Source: a virus
IMG/VR virus record: IMGVR_UViG_3300032006_002011
Coordinates: 13,604-77,603 of that record
Reading direction: 5' to 3' (one strand)
DNA: 64,000 bases
This document shows, in pieces, positions 1-10,945 of the stretch. The notes under the pieces are model-generated. The model did not search any database. It was not told where the DNA came from and saw nothing but the letters and a program-made list of their open reading frames with translations. Numbering within the stretch: position 1 is the stretch's first letter; each line of letters begins with the position of its first letter. The position numbers and the translations under genes were made by a program.

Positions 1-2
1 GT

Positions 3-3000
3 TGGTAAACTTATGAGAATCTTAAACTCACCCATAACAATTTCCGAAGATGAATATGGTACTTCGATGTACTCATCTGTGGGTGTGCATTGTTGCACGG
101 GGGTCGGTGTGGGTGTTGGGGTAGGTGTAGGTGTTGGGGTAGGTGTTGGGGTCGGAGTCAACTCTACCGAGTCTTCAAACGAATATGAAAACTCAATCTT
201 CTCTTGTTTTTCCTCGGACAACATCGGCGAAACTATCAGGCCTGGGTCTTCTCTCACTACGGATACCACAGGGGTGTCATCTATGAACCAAAAATGATCA
301 GGAGACCCACTACCCGTGCGGGTTCTTACTATTGGTGAGGTGGAATTTAGATGCCCCGACAAGTTTGCGGTAGTTGAGACATCATTGACACCTCGGCCGA
401 TAATATTTCGTCTAAAATTACTTCTATGTATAGGAAACTTTTTCTTTGTAAACAGAGAACCAGGTGTTCCAATATTTACTAAATCACACAATTGAGTTGG
501 TCGTTCAATCACATAATCAAATGGAATAGTTTTTGATACCTGACGTGTCCATGATTTAAGTTGATTACCGTCAGCACTGATTCCGTCACCTATTCCATAT
601 TCAAACTCATCAACATGAACTGATGTGTGTATTTTCTCCGCAACATAATCTTCACGACATCTTGGTGTAATAACAATCTTAACATCCAAGGTAACGTCAG
701 AAATCAAACCAGTATAATTAGGTATATTCAATTTGCTTGATATAACCAAAGGAGTTTGTTTAATTATTTGCTCGGAAGTGACCACTGCACTTCCACTCTC
801 CTCAACTCCGAAAAATTCAGCAGACCAATTAATAAGAGAATTTCCATCATAACTAAAACTAACTTTAGTATTTTCTCTAGTATCCTTGGTGAATATCTCC
901 GGTTCGTGGGTAACATCAATAGGCAAAGTTATTTTATATAAATTGCTCTGTTGTGATGATATTGGGGTGATGGAAAACTTCACGGATGAATCTAACTGAG
1001 ATGAAATCTTTTCACTGGAAAGTGTATCGAGTTTAGTAATCACCGGTGTTGGGTGGATATGATATGAAGTTGTATTCGTGGTGGGTGAATAATCTACCTC
1101 ATACTCAAATGTATCATAATTCATATCAGAAATTGACATATCCGAGGGATTCTTCAATTTATTAAGATTATCAAGTTCCGTTATTTGTGTCTTCTGTGGA
1201 TCTTTGAACTGACCCAATAAAAGTTTATAGTTAACTACCAAAAATGATTCGGGGTCTATGTTTCTAACATCACCGAGGGCCAATTTAGGTGCAGTTATAC
1301 TTGCAAGGGTATTGGTTGGGGTGGACTTGACACTATCAAGATCATCCGTTGTTAACTTAAATTTATAAAACACACCTTGCATAAAGTCGGCCGAATTGTG
1401 GTTTGTTGGATTAACCTCCGAATCGAATCTATCTACGTTCTCAAATACTATACCCGACAGTTGTGTTTCGTATTTATCGGTGAATACCCACTTTGACTGG
1501 AATGAGTTGGGTTTGCGATCCATACAAGCAATAATCCAATTATTTCTATTTGCAAATGTATACGCATTACCATTCGAGTCCATAGTGCCCGTTGTAGTAT
1601 ATATACCATTGGCATCCTCAATATCACACTCCGAAACTTCAACGGTTGTTAAATCTATCAACTTTAGCATAGCAACCGATTGCCAATTATCACGCATTCT
1701 ATATTCACCGGGGTGGGGACATAACATTGTTGCTAATTTATTTACATTTTTATCATATGCGTCCTGCGGGACTCCATTTCGTTTCTGTAAACTTGCTTCG
1801 GGAGAAGCCTCTAATGGTGGGACATCTATTGTTTTCAACGAAACATATATGTCTCGGCAACTTGTCACTCCCTCGTTTTTCAATTCCGCAACACCTATAT
1901 CATACGATGGGTTGTTTGGATCAGAGCTGCTCGTTGATGAAATATAAAGTGGATCAGTGTCTGATTTTCTTTGTATTATATACTTTGTAGGATCATCTCT
2001 TTTTATAAATAGTTTGTCCCCCGGTGATGTTCCTGTGTTAGTTTCCTCACGACTCTCGGTGTATACTCCATTAAATGTCGCAGACGCACCTGTCCCACAG
2101 GAAACTTCGATTGCAAGTTCACCACCAATTCCATATAAATATGGTTTATCTACACCCAAATTAAGTAAGTCACACCTAGCAATATTTGAATTTTTTTCAA
2201 TATTATTTTCAACTAAACTCGGAGATGCATATGGATATGCTTTCAAATCACGACAATCTACATCACCAACGGCCTCTTTCTTTACATGACCCCAATTTAT
2301 GTATAAATCTTCCGATATCTCATCGGTGGTAGACAATGGAACTTTATTCGTAACAGGAATCCTTGGATTAAACGGGATGGGGGCAGACGGTGTACGTCTT
2401 GTATAAAATACATTGGAGCTTCCCGTGGGGAATATTTCAGATTGTTTCTCTCTATAAGTGCAGTCGGGAGTTATAGTTACCTCCGTGGTGGATTTAATAT
2501 ATCCCAATTTAGTTGCAAGTGTCTCAGTTTCTTGAAACGACATATCCCGATAATATTCAGAGTAGTTTGGTTTTGAAACATGACTAATAATCCACCTATC
2601 AGGAGTATTCATTTTAGTAGATTTTTTCAAACGAATTTCATACTCCTCGGAGGTAGATCTAAAAATCACATCATCTTCCGTATCGGTTAAACTTATATTA
2701 ACCCGTGTATATATTCCGCGTGGAATTTTTTCATTCTTGGCCGTGTTGGAATAATACATACTTCGGGTAGGATCAACTTCAACCGAAACCGTATTATAAT
2801 CATCAGGTATCCAATTAAGTATAACTTCCGCACCACCACCCTCTCTTCTATAATTGCCAGGAATTGGAAGGGTTGGAGTCTTCCTCTTCGCCACAATACA
2901 CCACGCAAGCTTTTCTATTGAAGCTGCTAAGTTATCTGATTCAAATCTCGCAAAGTGATGTGGGTTGGGTATCAATCTAAAAGAATTTCCCACCACAGGG

Positions 3001-6000
3001 CCACTTGACGCAGAAAGCATATCAAGTCTTTCTGGGCTGGATGTTATTGTATCTCTAAAATAACTTGCCGAGGACTGATAACTCAGTTTGTTCTTTTGTT
3101 CAAGGGATGGAATATATGCGTATCCCGTTTGTGGGGCATACCCAAGGCCATCCGAAGTTTGCTGGAATGTCTTGCCACCCAGTTTTATATACAAATCGGT
3201 TTCATCATGTGTAGAGAACTTATTATCTTCATTAATCCTACAACTGAATTCACGTGCTAAATTAATAACCCACTTTGTTGGCATATGAGTATTAAAATAC
3301 TTTGTCAGATTCAATTGCTGATATGTAGTTTTCATGGAATTTCGTATCTCTGTTGCGAGTGGAACACACTCCACAAGAACCCAAGTATACACATCCTCGT
3401 TCCAATACAAATACCACCCACGGCCGTTTGTATATGATGGATTTTCCCCGGAAACCCCATTTACTTTTCTATATAACCCGTTTGCAGATAGGGCGACATT
3501 CTTGAAACCAAAAAGTTTCACCGCAGACGGATCTCTGAATATGTACACCAATCCATTTCCGTCTGTGTCCAACCCAAGTGCTTCGGCTGACAACAAATTA
3601 ACATATCCCTCTTCATCATTGTTGAGTAAATCTACAACCGGAGTATCGGTATTAAGTTCATTTCTATGATAACCGACATCACCACCATATAAAGTGTTAA
3701 ACTCTGGGTGAGTTGCGTCTTCCTTTCCATAAATCCACATTATATCGTGCCGAACTGGACTTTCATGCGGAATATACAATTTTTGTTCATCGGTAAAATT
3801 AATAGAATAGTTATTGCTATGGAGGAGTATCCACCTGTGATTTATATCACTCCAAAAAATGTAGTTAACCTTTCGACCTATAAATCCCTTTGGCAGAAGG
3901 TGGGCATCTCCACTAATATCTCCTATTACATTCTGGCGGTAGTTGCCATCTATGTCACGATCATTTCTATATAAAGATTTTCCATTATATGTTCCGATCT
4001 CCAAATAAGATCCATTCAACATATCCATCTGACCCTCAAACTCAGTTATATCAATTGAATTAAATTTAGTTAATTCATAGACACAAAAATAATTCCCCAG
4101 GGTATCTGATTGGTTATAAGTTACATCTTTATCGAACGGCAAAATTTCCAATTCATATTTGTATGAGGGGTTTTCAATCTTTATATCAATTGGTATGTGT
4201 AAGTTGTTCTTTGTATATACAATTTTATCCGCAGTTCCACCGTCAAAGCCAACATCTTGAGTGACTATACTGGAATCATATGCCAATCTATGTTCTGCAA
4301 ATACACTCGACAACTCAACCGTGCCACCCGGTCTTAATAACCCATAACCCAACCGAGGTGTTGCAGACCACTCCACAATTTCATCCGAAAGTGACACCTT
4401 ATCCAAACCTTGCTTGTCCACAGAATGTTTGACTCTGTGAATGTGGTCTTCACTGCGTCCAGACACCTTCTTTGTTGTGACGGTTTCCTCCAAATACCCC
4501 ACCAACCATATATTTTGAACTACATGTTTTTTGTGCGGCGATGATCCCAGTGAGGGGGATTTAATGTGAAAGAAACACACCTTGGAAATATCATGGTTTT
4601 CCAACTCCGTTATATTATAGGTGTTATATATGTAATTTCTATCAGAAAGTTCGGTATCTACTGAGGCTATAGTTTGAGTTAAAACAGAATTTATTCGGGC
4701 GTCCCAGTTTTCGGGATCATTTGACCTCTGTTGTTCCGCCCTAGCAACAAAATCTCTATTCTCAATATACTCATTACCCGAGGTAAAATTTTGATGAGAA
4801 TAGTCATATTCATATATGTACCCAGAAACACAATTCGACCCAGAAGATACTATACTTACGTCTGGATTAGTTGAATCCGTGGAATCTATGGAAAACTCAA
4901 CATTAAGTGGTCGGTCAACCGCCTGTAATCCTGTTTTCATTTTAATTCTATAATATTTTGTGTGTTCGGGATCAAGTTCCGTGTGAGCAAGTACCTTAAT
5001 ATCACGGAGGGTAGTTCCTCGTAAATTGGCCGTTAATTCCACCGAGTAATCTAACAGGGTAGGAAATGAGAACGTATCTGTAGTTCTGTGGTTAACTGCT
5101 AGAGAATAACTACCCGAAATCCGTTGGTCTCCACCGTGCCTAAACTCCAATTTGTTTTGTACATCATAGTGTACATATGGAGAATCCACTTCACCATATC
5201 TAATAGTAGTGTTTTCGTAGGTTTTAAAAGTTGATGTAACTGGTACTAAATTAACCGAGTCAAACTCCTTAGTTATATAGTTTGTTTTAATTTGAACAGT
5301 CTCATCAAGATTTGTTGTTATACTACCCGATTCTTTATTTACTATATCATTTATGCTATATATCGTAGCACCCACATCGTCCGTTGGAAGCGTCCACGGA
5401 TTATCACAATCATAGTAATTCGCAGAATTTACTGTTCCCGTTACTCTAAAGTCTCCTCCACCTTGACCGAGTGTTCCTCTCAATAACTTCCCACTGAACT
5501 TACCGTCCATGAAAATAGTTTTACTCACACCATCTTTTTCAAAGTGATAATTAGTAACCTCATAATATCCGGTTTTGGGTTGCCAAACATCCTCATTATT
5601 TATACGAGTCAGCACCTTATATTTGCCCGAAAAATTACCATATAATTCACAACTCAAATTACCGACAACACGACCACGATCATCCGGCACATTGTTAGTG
5701 TTGATAGACAAAATTCTATCATTCATAACAGATGCAGACGGTAACAGACCAGAATCCACCTGAGTAATAGAATTGTTATCGTAATATGCAGTATTATCTT
5801 TCTTGTTTCCAACAAACCGGCATGGCCATGTATACACCATGTTCTCACACGAATCACCCGTATCAAATACCCACAACAACCCCTCCTTGGGGATTAATAA
5901 CCCACCTTCTTCACTTATGCTTGCTGGGTTCTCATTTACCAACACCCACCTTTCTCTAGACCTACTCCAAAATATAAACCATGTTTTTGAGTTATTTGAA

Positions 6001-9000
6001 AACGACAACTTACCATTAATAAGAATACCCGACCTATATACACCATTTGCTTTCGCGAACTCACCCACATATGTGCCATCACCATTAACCAACCCATCTA
6101 TTTTAATTATTACATCCGTGAGGCGATCATAGTCTACATCACTGCTCATATCATACTTGATAGGAAGTCTTATTTGATACGACCTTGGCAATGACTCCAC
6201 TTTGTACATAGTTGAACCAATTGTATGGACTCCATATATGGACGAAACACCGTACATATCTTGGTCAAGGGCATTGCTAACATAATTCCCTGTATAATTA
6301 AAATTAAATGTCCTGTTATGATCTGGTTCATTTGCACTATCTGCTCTTTTATATCCTGCGTTTGAAGAAAGCAATACCACCGAAGTATCCTTTGACGTAC
6401 CTCCGGGTGTTCTGGGATTTGCGAAAGATGCTATACTGGTAGTGGTATCGTGACATGACAATTTTATGTTATGTAATCTAGTTATCTTTCTCTCATTTGT
6501 CGCCTTTTCAGTAATAGAGTTCAGTCCCAACGGGTTGTTTATATTTTCCAACGATTCACTTGAAATTTTATTAAACTCAGAACGAACTGAAGATACCAAC
6601 TTGGCACTTCTGAATTTATTTCTTTCAAGTATGCTCGGTTCAACCAATAAACCCGATATCAAACGGGTTCTGGCGGGAGTTAACTTTTCGATATTTTCAA
6701 ACAACGAAGCATCGACATATGCCTTCATAATGTTCAAGTACATAGACCAGTCTATCTGACCGAATCCCTCTTTATAAAACACCCTCTTAAATTGATTATA
6801 TCGTTCATACTCACTTTCATATAAATCCGATGGATCACCTATGTAGTCACCCAATTCAAAATTACCAAAGAATCTTAATATCTCTGTGTTAATCAAATCC
6901 GTTGGACTGAAAAACACTCCAAGAGTGTTGGTATCGACCGCCAACCTGTCACCCGACTTCTCCGTTGCTCTAGAATAAGGACTTAGTGTTCCTGTTAGTT
7001 TCTGTTCCTCTATTCTGATTTTTTTATTATTAAATGCCTGAGCACCGAATAAGGGAAGTTTTGCGTATTGCCGTCTAGCACTTCCCGTGAAATCATAGGG
7101 AAATTCCCGCGAACGGAAATTCCAACACTCAATTTCTTTAGGAGCATCTTCCCTGAATGCACTATTTAAAATAACTCCATGTGGTGACTCGTCTTGAGCA
7201 TGGCTTGGGTTTCCGGCAGCCGTTATATCATAAGGGTAGTCAAAGTTAGATTTAAAAATCAACGACTCATTTAGTGTAAGTGGATCGTCTATATCATATG
7301 ACTGATTAAATAATATATGATTTTCAAATCGGTCTTCCGGAATTTCAATATTATACATTCTCAGTCGATTAAATGTTCCGCGGTATGTAGAAGAAGCATA
7401 ATTTCCAAAAAATATGTTATTGTAAGAGTTAAACTTGGTAAACGCATCAAATGTGGTAGGTATTAAACTAGAATAACTAACCACCACATCAGCATCCACC
7501 ACCTTCTTAACATACAACTTTAAATATCGTGAGAACTCGGCCGTTGACGAGGTTGATTTCACAAGCATTATGTTATAGTCTCCCGCACCCAATACATTTA
7601 CCGGTGGGTGTGATTTATCTGGACAATAATGTCTACCACTTGCTTCGGATTCGAAGTAAAATCTACCATATCCGTCTTGTTGACGTCCCGGGGAAATCTC
7701 AACCCCAATCTCCCAATCTGACGAAGCATCCTCATCATTAAATGACTTATCAGAATTAACGAAAGAAATATCAACAGAAACTGGGTTTAGTATACATTCG
7801 TTATCACTAATCTGACCCACCAAGGTTTCTCCCTCATATAAACCCTCGGTTGGGGTGTAATATATTTTTAACCCAGAAAGTGTTCCACTTGGTATACCCG
7901 TGTAAGTTATGTGGCCTGCCAGCGTTCCCTCGGGTCCATATACATCAACTGGATACGGAGAGGAGGTGTCATCTTCCATACCGTATACGGGAACCTCCGT
8001 TGTTGCGGATGGTATTGACATACGACCCGACCATTGCCACGTGGAAGATGTTATACCCCCGTCTTGATCCACAATCGGGGTGGAACGAGATACTGCATAT
8101 TCTAATTGGCCGAATTCCGTAGATAAGTTGGTGGTTCTCAATGAATCATCAAATGATAGTTCAAACTCAAGTGTTCTAACCTCATACAAATCAGAATTCC
8201 AAGGAATTGCAAGATACTGATCGTCCTCTGAAAACTCTAGTTTATAATCAAATATATCAAAACTAAAAACCGAATCGTCCGACTCACCACTCGTTGAATA
8301 TCTTACACCCCCATATTCCTTTATTTTAAAAAGGTGATCTGGGACACCGTAACACCGAAGCAAAGCAGATATAGATCTCTCAGTTCCAATAGTCTTAAGG
8401 ATGTGAGGAAGGTTGTTTAATATCCTCCTCCATATTATATCACGACGTTGCTTAATAGACAATTTATCAGATGGTTGAGATGCCGAAATATCATCACCCG
8501 AATCATCTTGGCCTGAGAATCTTATTCCGAGTGAATTCATTATAAACCATACAAGTTGATTTGGAACTCCCTTGGTTGATTTGTTTCTCGGTTTGAGAGA
8601 TGCACCCATATTGGCAATGTAAGTATAAATCAAATCAAAGTGATTTCCGACCAAATTTAGAAAATCAACAAAATCTTCATTAGAATCATCACGAACCAAA
8701 AACTCTGGTATGTTATTTCCCAGTGCATCATCATTAACTTTATCATATTTATCTGCCTCGTTTGCCCTCTCCAAGTACCAATAATACCCCGCATCAGACT
8801 TAAAGTCATTTAAATCTTGTGGAATATAACGAGGTGAACGGGATTTGTTATCACCCACACCAACACAATCATACGAAACACTAAATAATGTAGACTCATC
8901 AAACCCCGAGTTATTAAGTGTGGTCACAACCGAAGAACCCTCGGTACGAGAAATCTCATGTGGTGTCAAATTATCAATTAACACCGAGTCACTAGTTCTG

Positions 9001-10925
9001 GACGAACCATAAGCAATCCAGTTTCCAGTTTTAAGGGGACCGGTGTCTGACAAAACCCACCCCAATTCATTACCATCCCAAAACAAGGACCAGTCCCCTG
9101 CTTGGTGTGTATAGATAGGTCGTTCATTAAAGCGACCATCTTCATAATACACACCTTCGTACAAGACCGACTGAAATTTGCTTGTGGATGATGTGGTGAT
9201 TACTAAATCGTTCGTGCGGGGCCATGCATCATCACTATTAGTGTAAAACAAAAACCGTTCATATTCAGTAAACGCAGAAATCAACTCATTTGCTTCATCG
9301 TTTATCTTAACTATATCCATTTCATTTAAAATGGAAACCGAGTCAATTGCAGTGGCCTCTGCTATTGTTCCTAGTAACGAACGGGTTTTTAGAGCATAAA
9401 TCTCATTCTCCGCGTCAGTTCTCTTTCTATACAACTTAGATAACTGAGTTAGTTTAAACACGAAGGCATCTAATTTTTTGCGGGCAGACGAAAACCTTAC
9501 AAAATTAGAAAAATCAGAATAATCTATTGACAGCTCGGTGCCCGATGTAATCTTGTTGAAATAATTTGAAATACCCGAGGAAATTTCATTACCCAATTCC
9601 AATTCATCACTTGTATATTTCTTCGTACCTGCTCCCGAAGTCAGTAATGATACTCTGTCGGGGCCTCTAAGTTTATATGTCGTTGACTTTACTTCTTCCG
9701 TTACTATTACAGTTTGAACGACATCATCTGAACTTGATATATTTGATATGTAAAATCCATCACCCACACCAATTTCGTGTGGAAGTGGTTCTGGTAATTT
9801 TAATATAGTTGGTTGGTGCTTTACATCATCGTCTACATTCTGAGTCGATGGTGTGTGTTTTAATATTGGATAATTCTCCCCGTTGGTAAAATTCATTACA
9901 TTGGAAAAGTAATTATCAAATCTATTTGCATATAATTCCGTCAAAAAATCCAGATCAAATAAACATATAAATGCAGATTTATAGAAATCTCTCTCAACTG
10001 AATTGGTCTTAAGTATTCCGAGTTTGGTATGTTTTGAAATTATATACTCAACGCATTTCAAATATTCATCATAAAAATCGGACGATGCAAACGAAGAACC
10101 ATATTTAGATGTAATTGTATTTTCATATAAATCGGCCAACTTAGAATATTGAGTTAAAATATCCTTAATAAGTTTGTTATGGTGATTTGGTTTTATTGAA
10201 CTTGGATCAACCCCTAGCAACGTGACCAACGTAGTTTCCAAACTTTTTTCATAGTTGGTGATGGATGATTTTAATTTATCAGAAAACCCCAAACCGGTAT
10301 CATCTAACATATAAGAAGTATCAGACCTAAGAAACTTCTTTGTGTCGTGGTATATATGTGCAACCAAAATTCTCTTGTTCAAAAAATTATCATAATCAAA
10401 ATTCAACGATGCGTCTTGTGCTCTAATTGAATTTTTCAAACACTCGGGTATAATCTTGATTTCTGTCCGAGAGGGAGAAATTTCAGAAATTACAAGCTTA
10501 CTATCCGAGTCGTGCGAACCAACTATATCACTCTTGAACGAAATGCCAACACGATAAATTCCGGACGCCAGGCCGATCTCCTTTAGTTCGGTGACAGGTG
10601 ATAGTATAATATTGCCATTTGCTGACGGATATATAGAGTCAAGAACTCTTATGCTCGCGGTGGTTGTCTCCCCATCATAGTTTGTGAACCGCAATTGCTT
10701 TGTTGTATAATTTTCTGCTCCCGCAACTACACCCCACCCTAGCATATTCTCACCGGTAGAATCATACGCACTAAACTCTACTACATCCTTATGAGAACTA
10801 CCAAAGTCAACCCCAACTGGTATTTTTTCAAACGCAAGATCTAGTGTCCCTGGTTCAACATAATACCCACGGGAAAAATCTAAGGTTTGTGTGGATTCAT
10901 CAACATATTTCAAATATTGTGGCAT
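3..10925 (-). CDS. Giant baseplate wedge / tail-attachment protein (T4 gp7 / P2 gpI-like), >=3,641 aa, 3' end beyond window
   Basis: ATG at 10925 (MPQYLKYVDEST...). The frame is open at every spot checked down to base 3, and the track reports no closed ORF in this frame. Contains IWRRILNNLPHILKTIGTERSISALLRCYGVP (~8340-8440) and LFENIEKLTPARTRLISGLLVEPSILER (~6620-6710), resembling gpI/gp7 wedge motifs, plus a LamG-like segment (~7320-7700). Lies downstream of gp25 and gp6. Confidence 0.8.
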   Translation of the reverse strand, partial: MPQYLKYVDESTQTLDFSRGYYVEPGTLDLAFEKIPVGVDFGSSHKDVVEFSAYDSTGENMLGWGVVAGAENYTTKQLRFTNYDGETTTASIRVLDSIYPSANGNIILSPVTELKEIGLASGIYRVGISFKSDIVGSHDSDSKLVISEISPSRTEIKIIPECLKNSIRAQDASLNFDYDNFLNKRILVAHIYHDTKKFLRSDTSYMLDDTGLGFSDKLKSSITNYEKSLETTLVTLLGVDPSSIKPNHHNKLIKDILTQYSKLADLYENTITSKYGSSFASSDFYDEYLKCVEYIISKHTKLGILKTNSVERDFYKSAFICLFDLDFLTELYANRFDNYFSNVMNFTNGENYPILKHTPSTQNVDDDVKHQPTILKLPEPLPHEIGVGDGFYISNISSSDDVVQTVIVTEEVKSTTYKLRGPDRVSLLTSGAGTKKYTSDELELGNEISSGISNYFNKITSGTELSIDYSDFSNFVRFSSARKKLDAFVFKLTQLSKLYRKRTDAENEIYALKTRSLLGTIAEATAIDSVSILNEMDIVKINDEANELISAFTEYERFLFYTNSDDAWPRTNDLVITTSSTSKFQSVLYEGVYYEDGRFNERPIYTHQAGDWSLFWDGNELGWVLSDTGPLKTGNWIAYGSSRTSDSVLIDNLTPHEISRTEGSSVVTTLNNSGFDESTLFSVSYDCVGVGDNKSRSPRYIPQDLNDFKSDAGYYWYLERANEADKYDKVNDDALGNNIPEFLVRDDSNEDFVDFLNLVGNHFDLIYTYIANMGASLKPRNKSTKGVPNQLVWFIMNSLGIRFSGQDDSGDDISASQPSDKLSIKQRRDIIWRRILNNLPHILKTIGTERSISALLRCYGVPDHLFKIKEYGGVRYSTSGESDDSVFSFDIFDYKLEFSEDDQYLAIPWNSDLYEVRTLEFELSFDDSLRTTNLSTEFGQLEYAVSRSTPIVDQDGGITSSTWQWSGRMSIPSATTEVPVYGMEDDTSSPYPVDVYGPEGTLAGHITYTGIPSGTLSGLKIYYTPTEGLYEGETLVGQISDNECILNPVSVDISFVNSDKSFNDEDASSDWEIGVEISPGRQQDGYGRFYFESEASGRHYCPDKSHPPVNVLGAGDYNIMLVKSTSSTAEFSRYLKLYVKKVVDADVVVSYSSLIPTTFDAFTKFNSYNNIFFGNYASSTYRGTFNRLRMYNIEIPEDRFENHILFNQSYDIDDPLTLNESLIFKSNFDYPYDITAAGNPSHAQDESPHGVILNSAFREDAPKEIECWNFRSREFPYDFTGSARRQYAKLPLFGAQAFNNKKIRIEEQKLTGTLSPYSRATEKSGDRLAVDTNTLGVFFSPTDLINTEILRFFGNFELGDYIGDPSDLYESEYERYNQFKRVFYKEGFGQIDWSMYLNIMKAYVDASLFENIEKLTPARTRLISGLLVEPSILERNKFRSAKLVSSVRSEFNKISSESLENINNPLGLNSITEKATNERKITRLHNIKLSCHDTTTSIASFANPRTPGGTSKDTSVVLLSSNAGYKRADSANEPDHNRTFNFNYTGNYVSNALDQDMYGVSSIYGVHTIGSTMYKVESLPRSYQIRLPIKYDMSSDVDYDRLTDVIIKIDGLVNGDGTYVGEFAKANGVYRSGILINGKLSFSNNSKTWFIFWSRSRERWVLVNENPASISEEGGLLIPKEGLLWVFDTGDSCENMVYTWPCRFVGNKKDNTAYYDNNSITQVDSGLLPSASVMNDRILSINTNNVPDDRGRVVGNLSCELYGNFSGKYKVLTRINNEDVWQPKTGYYEVTNYHFEKDGVSKTIFMDGKFSGKLLRGTLGQGGGDFRVTGTVNSANYYDCDNPWTLPTDDVGATIYSINDIVNKESGSITTNLDETVQIKTNYITKEFDSVNLVPVTSTFKTYENTTIRYGEVDSPYVHYDVQNKLEFRHGGDQRISGSYSLAVNHRTTDTFSFPTLLDYSVELTANLRGTTLRDIKVLAHTELDPEHTKYYRIKMKTGLQAVDRPLNVEFSIDSTDSTNPDVSIVSSGSNCVSGYIYEYDYSHQNFTSGNEYIENRDFVARAEQQRSNDPENWDARINSVLTQTIASVDTELSDRNYIYNTYNITELENHDISKVCFFHIKSPSLGSSPHKKHVVQNIWLVGYLEETVTTKKVSGRSEDHIHRVKHSVDKQGLDKVSLSDEIVEWSATPRLGYGLLRPGGTVELSSVFAEHRLAYDSSIVTQDVGFDGGTADKIVYTKNNLHIPIDIKIENPSYKYELEILPFDKDVTYNQSDTLGNYFCVYELTKFNSIDITEFEGQMDMLNGSYLEIGTYNGKSLYRNDRDIDGNYRQNVIGDISGDAHLLPKGFIGRKVNYIFWSDINHRWILLHSNNYSINFTDEQKLYIPHESPVRHDIMWIYGKEDATHPEFNTLYGGDVGYHRNELNTDTPVVDLLNNDEEGYVNLLSAEALGLDTDGNGLVYIFRDPSAVKLFGFKNVALSANGLYRKVNGVSGENPSYTNGRGWYLYWNEDVYTWVLVECVPLATEIRNSMKTTYQQLNLTKYFNTHMPTKWVINLAREFSCRINEDNKFSTHDETDLYIKLGGKTFQQTSDGLGYAPQTGYAYIPSLEQKNKLSYQSSASYFRDTITSSPERLDMLSASSGPVVGNSFRLIPNPHHFARFESDNLAASIEKLAWCIVAKRKTPTLPIPGNYRREGGGAEVILNWIPDDYNTVSVEVDPTRSMYYSNTAKNEKIPRGIYTRVNISLTDTEDDVIFRSTSEEYEIRLKKSTKMNTPDRWIISHVSKPNYSEYYRDMSFQETETLATKLGYIKSTTEVTITPDCTYREKQSEIFPTGSSNVFYTRRTPSAPIPFNPRIPVTNKVPLSTTDEISEDLYINWGHVKKEAVGDVDCRDLKAYPYASPSLVENNIEKNSNIARCDLLNLGVDKPYLYGIGGELAIEVSCGTGASATFNGVYTESREETNTGTSPGDKLFIKRDDPTKYIIQRKSDTDPLYISSTSSSDPNNPSYDIGVAELKNEGVTSCRDIYVSLKTIDVPPLEASPEASLQKRNGVPQDAYDKNVNKLATMLCPHPGEYRMRDNWQSVAMLKLIDLTTVEVSECDIEDANGIYTTTGTMDSNGNAYTFANRNNWIIACMDRKPNSFQSKWVFTDKYETQLSGIVFENVDRFDSEVNPTNHNSADFMQGVFYKFKLTTDDLDSVKSTPTNTLASITAPKLALGDVRNIDPESFLVVNYKLLLGQFKDPQKTQITELDNLNKLKNPSDMSISDMNYDTFEYEVDYSPTTNTTSYHIHPTPVITKLDTLSSEKISSQLDSSVKFSITPISSQQSNLYKITLPIDVTHEPEIFTKDTRENTKVSFSYDGNSLINWSAEFFGVEESGSAVVTSEQIIKQTPLVISSKLNIPNYTGLISDVTLDVKIVITPRCREDYVAEKIHTSVHVDEFEYGIGDGISADGNQLKSWTRQVSKTIPFDYVIERPTQLCDLVNIGTPGSLFTKKKFPIHRSNFRRNIIGRGVNDVSTTANLSGHLNSTSPIVRTRTGSGSPDHFWFIDDTPVVSVVREDPGLIVSPMLSEEKQEKIEFSYSFEDSVELTPTPTPTPTPTPTPTPTPTPVQQCTPTDEYIEVPYSSSEIVMGEFKILISLP
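99..158 (-). repeat. (Thr-Pro)10 coding repeat in the giant protein
   Basis: Degenerate ACN-CCN hexamers in frame with the giant ORF. Confidence 0.9.
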
Positions 10926-10945
10926 AACCTATAACCTTTTGTATT

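Noticed and set aside
13-8122. Many short plus-strand ORFs (and two short minus ORFs) in the track
   Set aside because: They are antisense or out-of-frame shadows of the giant minus-strand ORF
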